This document shows, in pieces, positions 35,300 through 44,426 of a DNA stretch of 64,000 nt. The stretch comes from Phycisphaerales bacterium (GTDB lineage: Bacteria; Planctomycetota; Phycisphaerae; Phycisphaerales; UBA1924), in NCBI GenBank assembly GCA_029260475.1, contig JAJDDE010000124.1, forward strand, positions 10,335 through 74,334, given 5' to 3'. Below the pieces are notes generated by a model. That model saw nothing but the letters and a program-made list of their open reading frames with translations, was not told the origin of the DNA and did no database searches. The stretch's first letter is position 1. The number at the start of each line of letters is the position of its first letter. The translations under genes were made by a program, and so were the position numbers.

Positions 35300-35977
35300 T
35301 CACCGCCCGAGGGCGTTCCATTTGCGCACCGCCTCCGGCTCGCGCGGGTAGAGAGGCAACAGATCAACCGGGTTCACCGGCGTCATCGCAGCCGTAATCT
35401 CAGCGATCGCTCGAGCGATGAAGATCGGAGCCGCGTGCGCACCCGTATGCTCGAACTGCTCAAGCAACCGGTCCTCCGCGATCAGCGTGCGCTGTGCCGA
35501 GAGCCCGGGCAGCTCGGCGATCTTCACGATCCGCCCTGATTCGACGGGTCGTTCACCCTCGTACGCCTGCACCCAGACGTCATCCCGCTTCCACGCGAGC
35601 GCCACGAGCGAGGGGCCAACGATGCCCGCGGCGCGGACCACGCCCGCGGCGGTCGGCACCCCGACGCAGCCGCACCCGACCGCCTCCGCGATCGACTTCG
35701 CGACCGTCACCGCGATGCGGATCGTCGTGTACCCGCCCGGGCCGACCGAGACGCCGACGCGATCGATGTCCCGTGGCACGACCCCCGCCTGCGTGCAGGC
35801 GCGATCGATGGCGGGGAGCAGCGCATCGTCGTGCCGGTCCTTGGGCTCGAGCGCCGCGTGGGCGAGCATCTCGTCGTGTCTCAGAAGACACACACCCGGA
35901 CCCGCCAGCGGGTCCGGGCCGCTCGGCGCGTTCGGATTCGAGGTCTCGATCGCCAGGATGAGGGGTGATTCGCTCAT
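35300..35977 (-). CDS. tsaB: tRNA threonylcarbamoyladenosine biosynthesis protein TsaB
   Basis: Carries ILAIETSN... and VSVGPGGYTTIRIAVTVAKSIAEAVG. The start is ATG 35977; the track ORF extends to 36052. Confidence 0.85.
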   Translation of the reverse strand: MSESPLILAIETSNPNAPSGPDPLAGPGVCLLRHDEMLAHAALEPKDRHDDALLPAIDRACTQAGVVPRDIDRVGVSVGPGGYTTIRIAVTVAKSIAEAVGCGCVGVPTAAGVVRAAGIVGPSLVALAWKRDDVWVQAYEGERPVESGRIVKIAELPGLSAQRTLIAEDRLLEQFEHTGAHAAPIFIARAIAEITAAMTPVNPVDLLPLYPREPEAVRKWNALGR

Positions 35978-36090
35978 GCTCGGGCATCGTACGGGGCGCG
36001 GTCCCACAGAGAAGAGCACGCGCCGGAAGGCGGGCGGGTATCTTCCGAACAAGGCCGGTAGGCCCCAACCCTCTGTAGGAGGAGCACGCG

Positions 36091-36711
36091 ATGCCCAGCG
36101 AAGAGCCCACGGACCAGAACGAAGCCAAGACCCCCGAGCAGACGCCCGCGCCGGATGAGGCCGCGCCCCATACTCCCGGGCGTCCGGAGCAGCTCGGCCT
36201 CCCCCCGGATAACGACGAGGAGCAGCACGTCCTCACCGTCCGCCCCGCGATCTTCAAGGCCTACCCCTTCCGCGCCACCGGTCTGGTCATCTTCCCTCTC
36301 CTGGTCACCATCGCCCTGCTCATCTTCACCGAGCTCAAGATCACCCAGCAGGGCTTCTACCTCACGATGCTCGCCATCGCGGCGGTCTGCTGGATCGTCT
36401 GGTTCGTGTGGTGGGTCCGCTTCCGCTGGACGTGCTCCCTCTACATCACCAACAAACGCACCATCGAGCGGCGTGGCCTGCTCAGCCGCTCTTCCGACGA
36501 GGTGCTCCACGACCACGTCCGCAACGTGAACATCGAGCAGAAATTCCTCGAACGCGTCTTCAACGTCGGTGCGGTCGGCATCTCCTCAGCCGGTCAGAGC
36601 GGCACCGAGATCCAGGTCGAGAAGATCCCCGACCCGGACCGCGTGAAAGAAATCATCGACGCCTACCGCGACGATCTCGGGCGCTTCGGCAGGGGCAGCA
36701 CCCTCGATTGA
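36091..36711 (+). CDS. Membrane-anchored bacterial PH domain (bPH_2 / YdbS-YdbT-like) protein
   Basis: A strong SD (AGGAGGAG) precedes the ATG. It has two TM segments, then YITNKRTIERRGLLSRSSDEVLHDHVRNVNIEQKFLERVFNVGAV. Confidence 0.8.
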   Translation: MPSEEPTDQNEAKTPEQTPAPDEAAPHTPGRPEQLGLPPDNDEEQHVLTVRPAIFKAYPFRATGLVIFPLLVTIALLIFTELKITQQGFYLTMLAIAAVCWIVWFVWWVRFRWTCSLYITNKRTIERRGLLSRSSDEVLHDHVRNVNIEQKFLERVFNVGAVGISSAGQSGTEIQVEKIPDPDRVKEIIDAYRDDLGRFGRGSTLD

Positions 36712-36828
36712 CCCCTACAGAGAGACAGCCCAGGATCCGCCCGGACGATCCTGACGGATCGCGTCCTACCGGCTACAGTCCGAGCCCGATCGGGGCCGAT
36801 AGCCTTCGGGACGCACCATCGCAGCAAA

Positions 36829-37182
36829 GTGGAGCAACGATTGACCAACCAGCAGCACGACACCAACCAATCCCGCTGGAGCAAAGGCCTTACCTGGCTC
36901 GGTCAGGCACGCCTGCTCGCTGCGGTCGTAGTCATCGGTGTCCCGGTGCTCTGCTTCGGCGTGCTCTCCATCGGCTTCGGCTGGGTGAGCCTGCCCGTGG
37001 TCGGCGCGGTCGTCGCGGTCACCGTCAGCAAGATCGGCGCACGCTTCGAGACCAACACCTGCTGGACCTGCGGCACCGATCTCGCCAACGAGGACGCGGG
37101 TGTACACGGCGTCATCTGCCCCGGCTGCGGCGCACTCAACCAGCACAACCCGCGCCTGCTCACCATGCGCGACCGCGCCTGA
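36829..37182 (+). CDS. Small membrane protein with C-terminal zinc ribbon
   Basis: 117 aa with a GTG start, two TM segments, and CWTCG...ICPGCG. Confidence 0.55.
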   Translation: MEQRLTNQQHDTNQSRWSKGLTWLGQARLLAAVVVIGVPVLCFGVLSIGFGWVSLPVVGAVVAVTVSKIGARFETNTCWTCGTDLANEDAGVHGVICPGCGALNQHNPRLLTMRDRA

Positions 37183-37238
37183 GCACCATCACAACCCCGC
37201 GCTCGCGCTGATCGCCCTCGATCCGCTATCGTCGCGCC

Positions 37239-38843
37239 ATGGACGACACGCTGGTGCTCGTGGTCATCGAATCGGCAGAAGAGCCACGCGAGGGCGCACG
37301 CCTCGCGTGCGCGCCCGCCGGTTCCACCATCGGGCGCTCCCCCGAGAACACGCACTGCCTGCCGGACCCCTCGGTGAGCCGGCGCCACGCGCGCATCGAG
37401 CGCCACGACGGTGTCTGGACCATCGTCGATACCGGGTCAGCGGGCGGAACGCAGGTCAACAGCGTCGCCATCGAGCCCGCTATCCCCGCTCCGATCACCC
37501 CGGGCGATGACATCCGCATCGGCCCGTGGCGTCTGAGCGTGGAGGGCGGGGCGCGCCGGTACGACTCCACGCTCGCGACGCTCAGCACCGAATCCGCGCC
37601 GGCGACGGTCTACGCGCCCTCCCGTCGTCTCGAGACCCTGAGCGCCTGCATCGAGGCCCTTGCGCGCACATCGGGCGAACGCGAACTCGCGCTCGCGGCT
37701 CTCCGCAGCGCGATGCAGGGCATCGGGGCCAGGCGCGGCGCCATGCTCCGCCCGCCCGGGTCTGGGAACGGCGCCCCCATCATCGCGAGCCTGGAGCGCG
37801 ACGACTCCGGCTGGCGCGAGATCGCCGACGGCGCACTGCGCGTACCCAGGAGCCTGGTGACCACCGCGTCCACCGGTCGCACCGCGGTCATCGACCAGGC
37901 TTCGGCCCCCGTCGATATCGCGGTCTCCATCGCCGAGCAGGCCATCCACTCCGCGGTCTGTGCGCCCGTGCGCCTCGACGACCGCGTGGTGGCGCTCATG
38001 TACGTCGATGCGCGCCAGGGCGAGGCGCCGATCCGGGACGGCGCGTCCTTCGTGGAGGACGTCGCGCAGGTCTACTCCCTCGCGCTCGCCTACGACGCGC
38101 GGCGCGAGATGGAGCGGCGCCAGGCCTCGCTCCGCGCCGACATCGAGCGTGCCCGAACCCTCCGTGCCATGCTCGCGCCGCCCGAGCGGCTCGATATCGG
38201 CGTCTACCGCGTCGCCCACGCGATGCGCGCGGGCGCCTTCGTCTCGGGCGATCTCGTGGACGTCATGCCGCTCAGCAACCACCGCGTGGGCATCCTCTTC
38301 GGCGACGCCTCCGGGCACGGCGTCGGTGCCGCGATGCTCACCGCGCTCGCGCAGTCGTACCTCAACAGCGAGATCGGGCACCACGATCGCCTCGCAGACG
38401 CCGTCGAGCACGCCAACCGATTCATCGCCACACGCGACACCCACGGCTCCTTCGTCTCCCTCTGGGCGGGCGTGCTCGGGACCGAGGGCGACGTCACCTT
38501 CGTGGACGCGGGGCACGGCCACTGGTGCGTCGCGCGATCCGGTGGCGCTATCGAGAAGAACCAAGGCGCGTCCGGCCCGCCGCTGGGCGTGGTCGATCAG
38601 GAGACCTACCCCGAGGCGACGCTGCGCCTGGACAAGGGCGATCGCGTGGTGCTCTACACCGACGGCGTGAGCGAGACCGAAGAGGCATCGGGCCGGCAAC
38701 TCGGCGCCGAGGGCGTGCGCCGGGCGCTCGTGGGCTCGGAGGGGTGCGACGCGGATGTGCGCCGATTGCTCGCGATGCTCGACGCCTGCCCGATCGGCGC
38801 GCACGATGATGCGACGGTCATGTCCATCGAGCGCACCGGTTAG
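37239..38843 (+). CDS. FHA - GAF - PP2C/SpoIIE phosphatase
   Basis: FHA motifs are STIGRSPENTHCLPDPSVSRRHARIE and GSAGGTQVN. The SpoIIE motifs are FVSGDLVDV, GILFGDASGHGVGAAMLTA, LYTDGVSE and HDDATVMSI. Confidence 0.88.
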   Translation: MDDTLVLVVIESAEEPREGARLACAPAGSTIGRSPENTHCLPDPSVSRRHARIERHDGVWTIVDTGSAGGTQVNSVAIEPAIPAPITPGDDIRIGPWRLSVEGGARRYDSTLATLSTESAPATVYAPSRRLETLSACIEALARTSGERELALAALRSAMQGIGARRGAMLRPPGSGNGAPIIASLERDDSGWREIADGALRVPRSLVTTASTGRTAVIDQASAPVDIAVSIAEQAIHSAVCAPVRLDDRVVALMYVDARQGEAPIRDGASFVEDVAQVYSLALAYDARREMERRQASLRADIERARTLRAMLAPPERLDIGVYRVAHAMRAGAFVSGDLVDVMPLSNHRVGILFGDASGHGVGAAMLTALAQSYLNSEIGHHDRLADAVEHANRFIATRDTHGSFVSLWAGVLGTEGDVTFVDAGHGHWCVARSGGAIEKNQGASGPPLGVVDQETYPEATLRLDKGDRVVLYTDGVSETEEASGRQLGAEGVRRALVGSEGCDADVRRLLAMLDACPIGAHDDATVMSIERTG

Positions 38844-38846
38844 GGC

Positions 38847-41378
38847 TCAGCGGCCGTCGAGCGCCGCCAGACGTTCGAGACTCGTCGCGATGCGCGGGTG
38901 CCCATCGGGGAACGTCGCGACGAGCACCACGTGGCTCTGCTCCAACGCGCCGCGGGCCTCGTCGTACCGCCCGAGCGCCGTCAGGCAAGCGCCGTAGTTG
39001 TTCCGGAAGAGTGCGGTGTAGATGTGCCCCTCGGGCAGGCTCTCCTCGCACAGCCCGAGGAGGCGTTCGTAGAGCGGCAACGCTTCATCGGCGCGATCCG
39101 TGCGCTGCAGCAGCATCGCCAGATTGTTGTACGAGGACCACGTCTCGGGGTCCTTGCCGCCCGTGGTGCGCTCGCGGAGCTCGATCTGTTCCCGGTACAA
39201 GGCCGCGGCCTCGTCGTCGCGCCCCATGTCCTCGAGCAGGTACGCGCGCGTGTTTATGCTCACCAGCGTCTTGGCGTGCTCGGGGCCGAGCACCTCTCGG
39301 TACCCCGCCAAGGCGACGCGGGTGAGCGCCTCGGCCTCTTCGAGCTCGCCGAGCTGGATCAGCGGCACCGCCAGGTTCCCCATCGCGGTGTACGTCGAAT
39401 GGTGCTCATCGCCATAGAGCGCCCGTCTGGCTGCGAGGATCGCCCGGAACTGCTCGACCACCTCCGCGTCCCGACCGAGCTTCTGGATCGTGCTCGCGAG
39501 CATCGAACGCGCGCCGATTGTCTGCGGATGGTTCGGCCCGAAGACCCGCACGCGCCGCTCCACGACCTCGCTCAGCAGCTCCTCGGCCTCCTGGTACCGC
39601 CCGAGCGCGGAGTACGCCGAGCCTAGGTTGTGCATCAGCACCAGTGTGCGCCGGTCGTCCTTGCCGACGATCGCCTGCGCATCGCGCACGCACCGGGCCC
39701 ACAGCACGAGCGCTTCCTCGGGCTTGCCCGACTCGTGATACACGCGGGCGAGCTCCCCTCGTGCGCTGATCGCTTCGATGGAGTCCTCTCCGTACACGCG
39801 CCGGTTCGTGTCGAGCGCCGCGATCAGTTCCCGCTCCGCCTCGTCGTGCCGCCCCATCTCCGTGAGGGTGGTGCCCAGTGACTGTCTGGCGTCCGCGGTG
39901 TTTGGGTCGTCTTCACCGAACGCCACGACGCTCGCGTCGATCGCCCGCTGCGCCTGCGTGACCGCGTTATCGAAGATGCCCAGCCCGCGATAGGTGTTCG
40001 CCATCGCGAGCCGCACCACCGCTTCCACGCCGGGCTGGCCCTCGAGCTCGCTCGCGTCTGTCGCGGCGCTCGTGTCGAGCAACTCGCGGACCGTCAGTTC
40101 CTCGCCCAGCGCGATCTCGGGGTCTGCCGAGGTGAGCATGTTGGTGAAGAAGCCGTTGATCGCGCTGACACGCCGGGCTTCTTCCTGAGCACGGTTCCAC
40201 CCGCGCGTCGCCTCGACCGCCTGCCACGACACCCCCGCCACGCCACCGCCGATCGCCAGCACACCGAGCAGACCGGCGACCACCAGCCCCGTGTTCCGCT
40301 GCGTGTACCTCCTCGCGACGTACCCGATCGTGCGCGCCCGGGCCTCGACCGGCTCCCTCGCGAGGTACCGCGCGAGGTCCTCACTCAGCGCCGCGGCGGA
40401 GGGGTACCGACGCTCCGGGTCTCGCTCCAGCGCCCGCGCAGCGATCGCCTCGAGGTCGCGCGGCGCAGACGGGTCCAGCGTGCGCAGCGGCGCGGGCGGT
40501 GTGCGCTCGAGGTACGCCGCCGTCTCGGTGCGCGAGACACCGCTCAGGTCGTGGGGCCTCTGCCCGGTCACCAACTCGCAGAGGACCACGCCCATCGCGT
40601 AGACATCCGCGCGCGTATCGGTGTCGGGGTCGGCGCGGAGCTGCTCGGGGCTCATGTAGGGCAGCGTGCCGACGAGCTCGCCCTTGTGCGCCCCCTCGGC
40701 ATCGAGCGCTCGGGCGACACCGAAGTCCAGGATGCGGGGCCGATCGCCCTCGTCCACCAGGATGTTCGCCGGCTTGAGATCGCGATGGACCACGCCACGC
40801 CTGTGCGCGTGCTCCACGCCGGCGCACACCTCGCGCAGCATCTCGATCCTCCGATCAAGAGGCAGCCCCCGTGCGCGCACGTCGAGCGCCTCGCCCGAGA
40901 CGAGCTCCATCGCGAAGTACGGGCAGTCCTCGTCGTCCACCCGCGCAGAACCCGCGTCGTAGATCGCCGCGATAGACGGGTGCTTCAGACGTGCCAGCAC
41001 CCGCGTCTCCTGCTCGAACCGGTCTCGGAGAGCTTCGGTGACGACGTCCGGGCGGATCACCTTGAGCGCGATCTGGCGGAGGGGTGTCTGCTGCTCGGCG
41101 CGGTACACCACGCCCATCGCGCCCGAACCGATCACGTCCAGCACCCGGTACCGCCCGATCCAGCGGTCCGTGTCGTTGCCCCGGATCGTCGGCGCCGGGG
41201 CGGTGCCCGAGACGCCGGACTCGGGAACAATCGTGGCGGTCTCCATCATCGTCATCAGCGTGTCCACGCGCCCGCGCAGAGCGGCATCATCGGCGCAGGA
41301 GTGATCCAGGAAACCCAGGCGCTCTGAGGGCGATAACGCGAGGGCCTCGCGCGCAATCATGTGCGGGTCGGTAATCAC
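38847..41378 (-). CDS. Ser/Thr protein kinase - TM - TPR repeat protein (paralogue of 1726..4662)
   Basis: Carries GSGAMGVVYRA, ALKVIR, HRDLKPANILV, DFGVAR and GTLPYMSPEQ. The TM segment is LVVAGLLGVLAIGGGVAGV, followed by TPR_12-like repeats. The start is GTG 41378 or ATG 41360. Confidence 0.9.
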   Translation of the reverse strand: MITDPHMIAREALALSPSERLGFLDHSCADDAALRGRVDTLMTMMETATIVPESGVSGTAPAPTIRGNDTDRWIGRYRVLDVIGSGAMGVVYRAEQQTPLRQIALKVIRPDVVTEALRDRFEQETRVLARLKHPSIAAIYDAGSARVDDEDCPYFAMELVSGEALDVRARGLPLDRRIEMLREVCAGVEHAHRRGVVHRDLKPANILVDEGDRPRILDFGVARALDAEGAHKGELVGTLPYMSPEQLRADPDTDTRADVYAMGVVLCELVTGQRPHDLSGVSRTETAAYLERTPPAPLRTLDPSAPRDLEAIAARALERDPERRYPSAAALSEDLARYLAREPVEARARTIGYVARRYTQRNTGLVVAGLLGVLAIGGGVAGVSWQAVEATRGWNRAQEEARRVSAINGFFTNMLTSADPEIALGEELTVRELLDTSAATDASELEGQPGVEAVVRLAMANTYRGLGIFDNAVTQAQRAIDASVVAFGEDDPNTADARQSLGTTLTEMGRHDEAERELIAALDTNRRVYGEDSIEAISARGELARVYHESGKPEEALVLWARCVRDAQAIVGKDDRRTLVLMHNLGSAYSALGRYQEAEELLSEVVERRVRVFGPNHPQTIGARSMLASTIQKLGRDAEVVEQFRAILAARRALYGDEHHSTYTAMGNLAVPLIQLGELEEAEALTRVALAGYREVLGPEHAKTLVSINTRAYLLEDMGRDDEAAALYREQIELRERTTGGKDPETWSSYNNLAMLLQRTDRADEALPLYERLLGLCEESLPEGHIYTALFRNNYGACLTALGRYDEARGALEQSHVVLVATFPDGHPRIATSLERLAALDGR

Positions 41379-41471
41379 GACGGTGTACAGATAGCCTCCA
41401 ACGCACGGTTTGCAACACCGTTACGCGGATTCGGGGTTATCGGATTCGAGCGACCCGTGTACATTCCCCGG

Positions 41472-42794
41472 ATGCTCAAACTCGCACTCAGCCTGCTCGC
41501 CCTCACGCTGTCCGCCCCGTTCGGCCTCGCGCAAGAGGAACTCCGCCGCCCGGACCTCGCTTCGAGCGTGATCTACGAGGTGAACATCCGCCAGTACACC
41601 CCCGAGGGCACCTTCGACGCCTTCCGTGCCCACATCCCCCGCCTCCAGAGCATGGGCGTGGACATCCTGTGGCTGATGCCCATCCACCCCATCGGTGAGA
41701 AAAACCGCAAGGGCGAGCTGGGCAGCTACTACAGCATCAGCGACTACTACGCGGTGAACACCGAGTTTGGCACCAAAGAAGACCTCGACGAACTCGTGAG
41801 CGACGCGCACGACGCGGGCATGCTCGTGATCCTCGACTGGGTCGCCAACCATACCTCGTGGGACCACGAGTGGACACGGACGCACCCGGAGCGCTACCGC
41901 CTGAACTCCAACGGCGCGTTCACGACGCCCAACGGCGACTGGCTCGACGTCATCCAGCTCGACATGAACAACCCCGACACACGCGCCGCGATGAAGGAGG
42001 CCATGCTGTACTGGGTCCGCGAGCACGACATCGACGGCTACCGCTGCGACGTCGCGGAACACGTCCCAAACGAGTTCTGGCGTGACGCGATCGGGGCGCT
42101 CCGCGCGGAGAAGCCCGTCTTCATGCTCGCAGAGGGCGGTGCCAACTGGCTCTTCGACGGCGGTTTCGACGCCACCTACGGGTGGGGGCTGGGCGATGCG
42201 TGTTTCCGCGTCGTGCAGGAGGGGCGTCAGGCGGCGATCGTGATGAACTACTCCCGCGAACTCGCGGTGTTCCGCCGGCACATCCGCAACCCGTTCCGCA
42301 TGCACTTCACATCGAACCACGACTGGAATTCGTGGAACGGCACCGCGGTCGAGCGTCTCGGCGATGCGTGGGAGGGCGCCACGGTGCTCTCGTTCATGGC
42401 CCCCGGGATGCCCCTTATCTACGGAGGCCAGGAAGCCGGTCTCGATAAGCAGCTCGAGTTTTTCGAGAAGGATGAGATCGAGTGGCGCGATCACCCGGCC
42501 GCCGAGTTGTACCGCCGCCTCGCCGCGTTCAAAGACCGCGTCCACGCGCTCGACGCGGGTGACCCGCACGCCGGGATGCGAGCGGTACCGGTGTCGAACC
42601 CCGATCGAACCGTCGTCTTCCATCGGATCAACGGCGACAGCCGCGTCGTCGTGATGGTGAACCTGTCGCCGTTCGAGACACCGATCGCCCGGCCTCGAAC
42701 AGTCGATCGGTACCGCGACATAGACGGCAACACCGCCGAGTACCCGGACGCGCTGGGCCCGTGGGAGTGGGTGGTGCTCGAGGTCGTGGACTGA
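41472..42794 (+). CDS. Secreted GH13 alpha-amylase-family glycosidase
   Basis: Signal peptide MLKLALSLLALTLSAPFGLAQ. Motifs include VIYEVNIRQYTPEGTF, GVDILWLMPIHP, GSYYSISDYYAVN, VILDWVANHTS, GYRCDVA and FTSNHD. Confidence 0.9.
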   Translation: MLKLALSLLALTLSAPFGLAQEELRRPDLASSVIYEVNIRQYTPEGTFDAFRAHIPRLQSMGVDILWLMPIHPIGEKNRKGELGSYYSISDYYAVNTEFGTKEDLDELVSDAHDAGMLVILDWVANHTSWDHEWTRTHPERYRLNSNGAFTTPNGDWLDVIQLDMNNPDTRAAMKEAMLYWVREHDIDGYRCDVAEHVPNEFWRDAIGALRAEKPVFMLAEGGANWLFDGGFDATYGWGLGDACFRVVQEGRQAAIVMNYSRELAVFRRHIRNPFRMHFTSNHDWNSWNGTAVERLGDAWEGATVLSFMAPGMPLIYGGQEAGLDKQLEFFEKDEIEWRDHPAAELYRRLAAFKDRVHALDAGDPHAGMRAVPVSNPDRTVVFHRINGDSRVVVMVNLSPFETPIARPRTVDRYRDIDGNTAEYPDALGPWEWVVLEVVD

Positions 42795-43133
42795 TGCCGG
42801 AAGGCAATACACACCTCAAGCGCGAGTGACGTCCGCAAACCGGCGAATCATCACGGTCCACAGGTGGCTCGAGCACCGATGACGCGCGGACGCCAGGAAC
42901 CTCACCGCCGCCGACTCTTTGGAACGACGGTGGATCAGAATCGGGTTCTGCGGGGTTGAGGCCCCAGAAGGTGGCGGCTCGAAGGTGAGATCCGCAGGCC
43001 TCGCGTTCGCACCGCCGCTCCGCGATCCCTTCGCCTGCGAATCCGGAACCCTGTCCGACGCCGCCGCGGCGTCCGTGCGCGTGGAGGGGTTGTGCGCGCA
43101 CGAGACGGTGCCGTGGCGGACCGGGCGATGGCC

Positions 43134-44291
43134 TCAGCGAGAGCGGCGCCGCCGGGCACCGAGGAGGAGTCCCGCTGAAAGCACGACAGCGGCGCCGGGG
43201 GTCGGGATCTGCGCAACCCAGCCCCCGAACTCGCCCTGCGGGTTGATGCCCACGCCCGCGAAAGTGAGCCCGTCGGCGCTGATCGCGTCGGCGGAGGTCA
43301 GCGTCCAACCGTCGAGCGCGCTGCCCACGAAGGGCTGGAGGAACCCGAGCATTTCGATCGAGCCGGTCGCCTGTGTCCAGATGAAGGCGGTCTCGCCCAG
43401 GAAACTCGACGCGGAGCCGACGATGACCGTGCCGTCGTCGCTGATCGCGTTGGCGAGCCCCGCGTCGTAACCGAAGGGGGTACCGATGTCCGTCGGGGTG
43501 CCTGCCTGGTCCCACGCGACGGGGCGCTGGCTGAAGGTGTCCGTCGCCCATCCGACGATCAGGGAACCGTCCGCTGTGATGTCCAGCGCGGTGGCCCCCG
43601 AGTCGAAGAACCCGCCCGTCGCGATGTCCTGCAACTCGGTGAGGCCACCCAGTTCCGACCACAGGAAGGCCCCGAGGAACGCGCCGTTGGTGCCCGCGCG
43701 CGAGCCGGCGATGAATGTTCCGTCTTGCGAGACCGCGGTGGCGCTCGAACCGTCCCCGGCACCGAGGCCCTGGGCGACGCCGCCCACCCAGCGCGTCGCT
43801 TCGAACTGTAAGACACCCGGGCTCGAACTCAGTCCGACCATCACCGACCCGTCCGACGTGACGCTCACGATGTTGGATTGCATGGTGTCCGCAGGCGCGA
43901 TGAAGCCCATCGGGCTGGCGACGCCGCCCGACCAGACGGTTGCCTCTCCGATCGTGAACCCGTTCGACGCAGCGCTGGGCGAGGTGCCGACGATCATCGA
44001 GCCGTCTCCCGAAACGCTATTCGCGCTGTCCATCACCGGACCCCCGGAAAGGGTCGGTAACGCGACAAGCCCGCCTCCCGAAGTCCACTGCACCGCCCGC
44101 TGGCCCAGCGGCGAGGTCGAGATCCCCACCGCGATGGAGCCGTCGTCGCTTAGGCCGCTGATCCGCGAGAAGGAAAAGTCGCCCGCCGCATTCAGTCCCA
44201 GCGTGCCCGTCCCGGAGAAGGAGGGGGCAGCGCTGGCGAGTCCTGCGGCGGCAAACAACAGGGCGGCGGAGATGGTGATGGCGTGTTTCAT
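43134..44291 (-). CDS. Secreted repeat protein (HAF-like extracellular repeats) with PEP-CTERM-like sorting tail
   Basis: The start is ATG 44291 (MKHAITISAALLFAAAGLASA). Repeated DGS(x)IVG...A(x)(x)W motifs are present. The C-terminus reads [24 protein letters not shown]. Confidence 0.75.
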   Translation of the reverse strand: MKHAITISAALLFAAAGLASAAPSFSGTGTLGLNAAGDFSFSRISGLSDDGSIAVGISTSPLGQRAVQWTSGGGLVALPTLSGGPVMDSANSVSGDGSMIVGTSPSAASNGFTIGEATVWSGGVASPMGFIAPADTMQSNIVSVTSDGSVMVGLSSSPGVLQFEATRWVGGVAQGLGAGDGSSATAVSQDGTFIAGSRAGTNGAFLGAFLWSELGGLTELQDIATGGFFDSGATALDITADGSLIVGWATDTFSQRPVAWDQAGTPTDIGTPFGYDAGLANAISDDGTVIVGSASSFLGETAFIWTQATGSIEMLGFLQPFVGSALDGWTLTSADAISADGLTFAGVGINPQGEFGGWVAQIPTPGAAVVLSAGLLLGARRRRSR

Positions 44292-44426
44292 GTGATCTTC
44301 CCGGGGGCCGAGTGAGCACCGGCCCGGTGACGGTGACGTGTGGCCCGCTCCCTCGCGGGCTCCAAGGCAATGTGCGCTGGGGATTGGTGATGTCAACAAT
44401 TTTCTCTCAGCAACTTCTCAGAAACT

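Noticed and set aside
42795-43133. A 340-nt gap between the convergent amylase and PEP-CTERM genes. I examined it for a small gene or a structured RNA.
   Set aside because: The only ORFs are Arg-rich or would overlap the amylase 3' end by more than 150 nt. I saw only short GC hairpins and nothing resembling a known RNA family. It stays unexplained, but there is no positive evidence for a feature.
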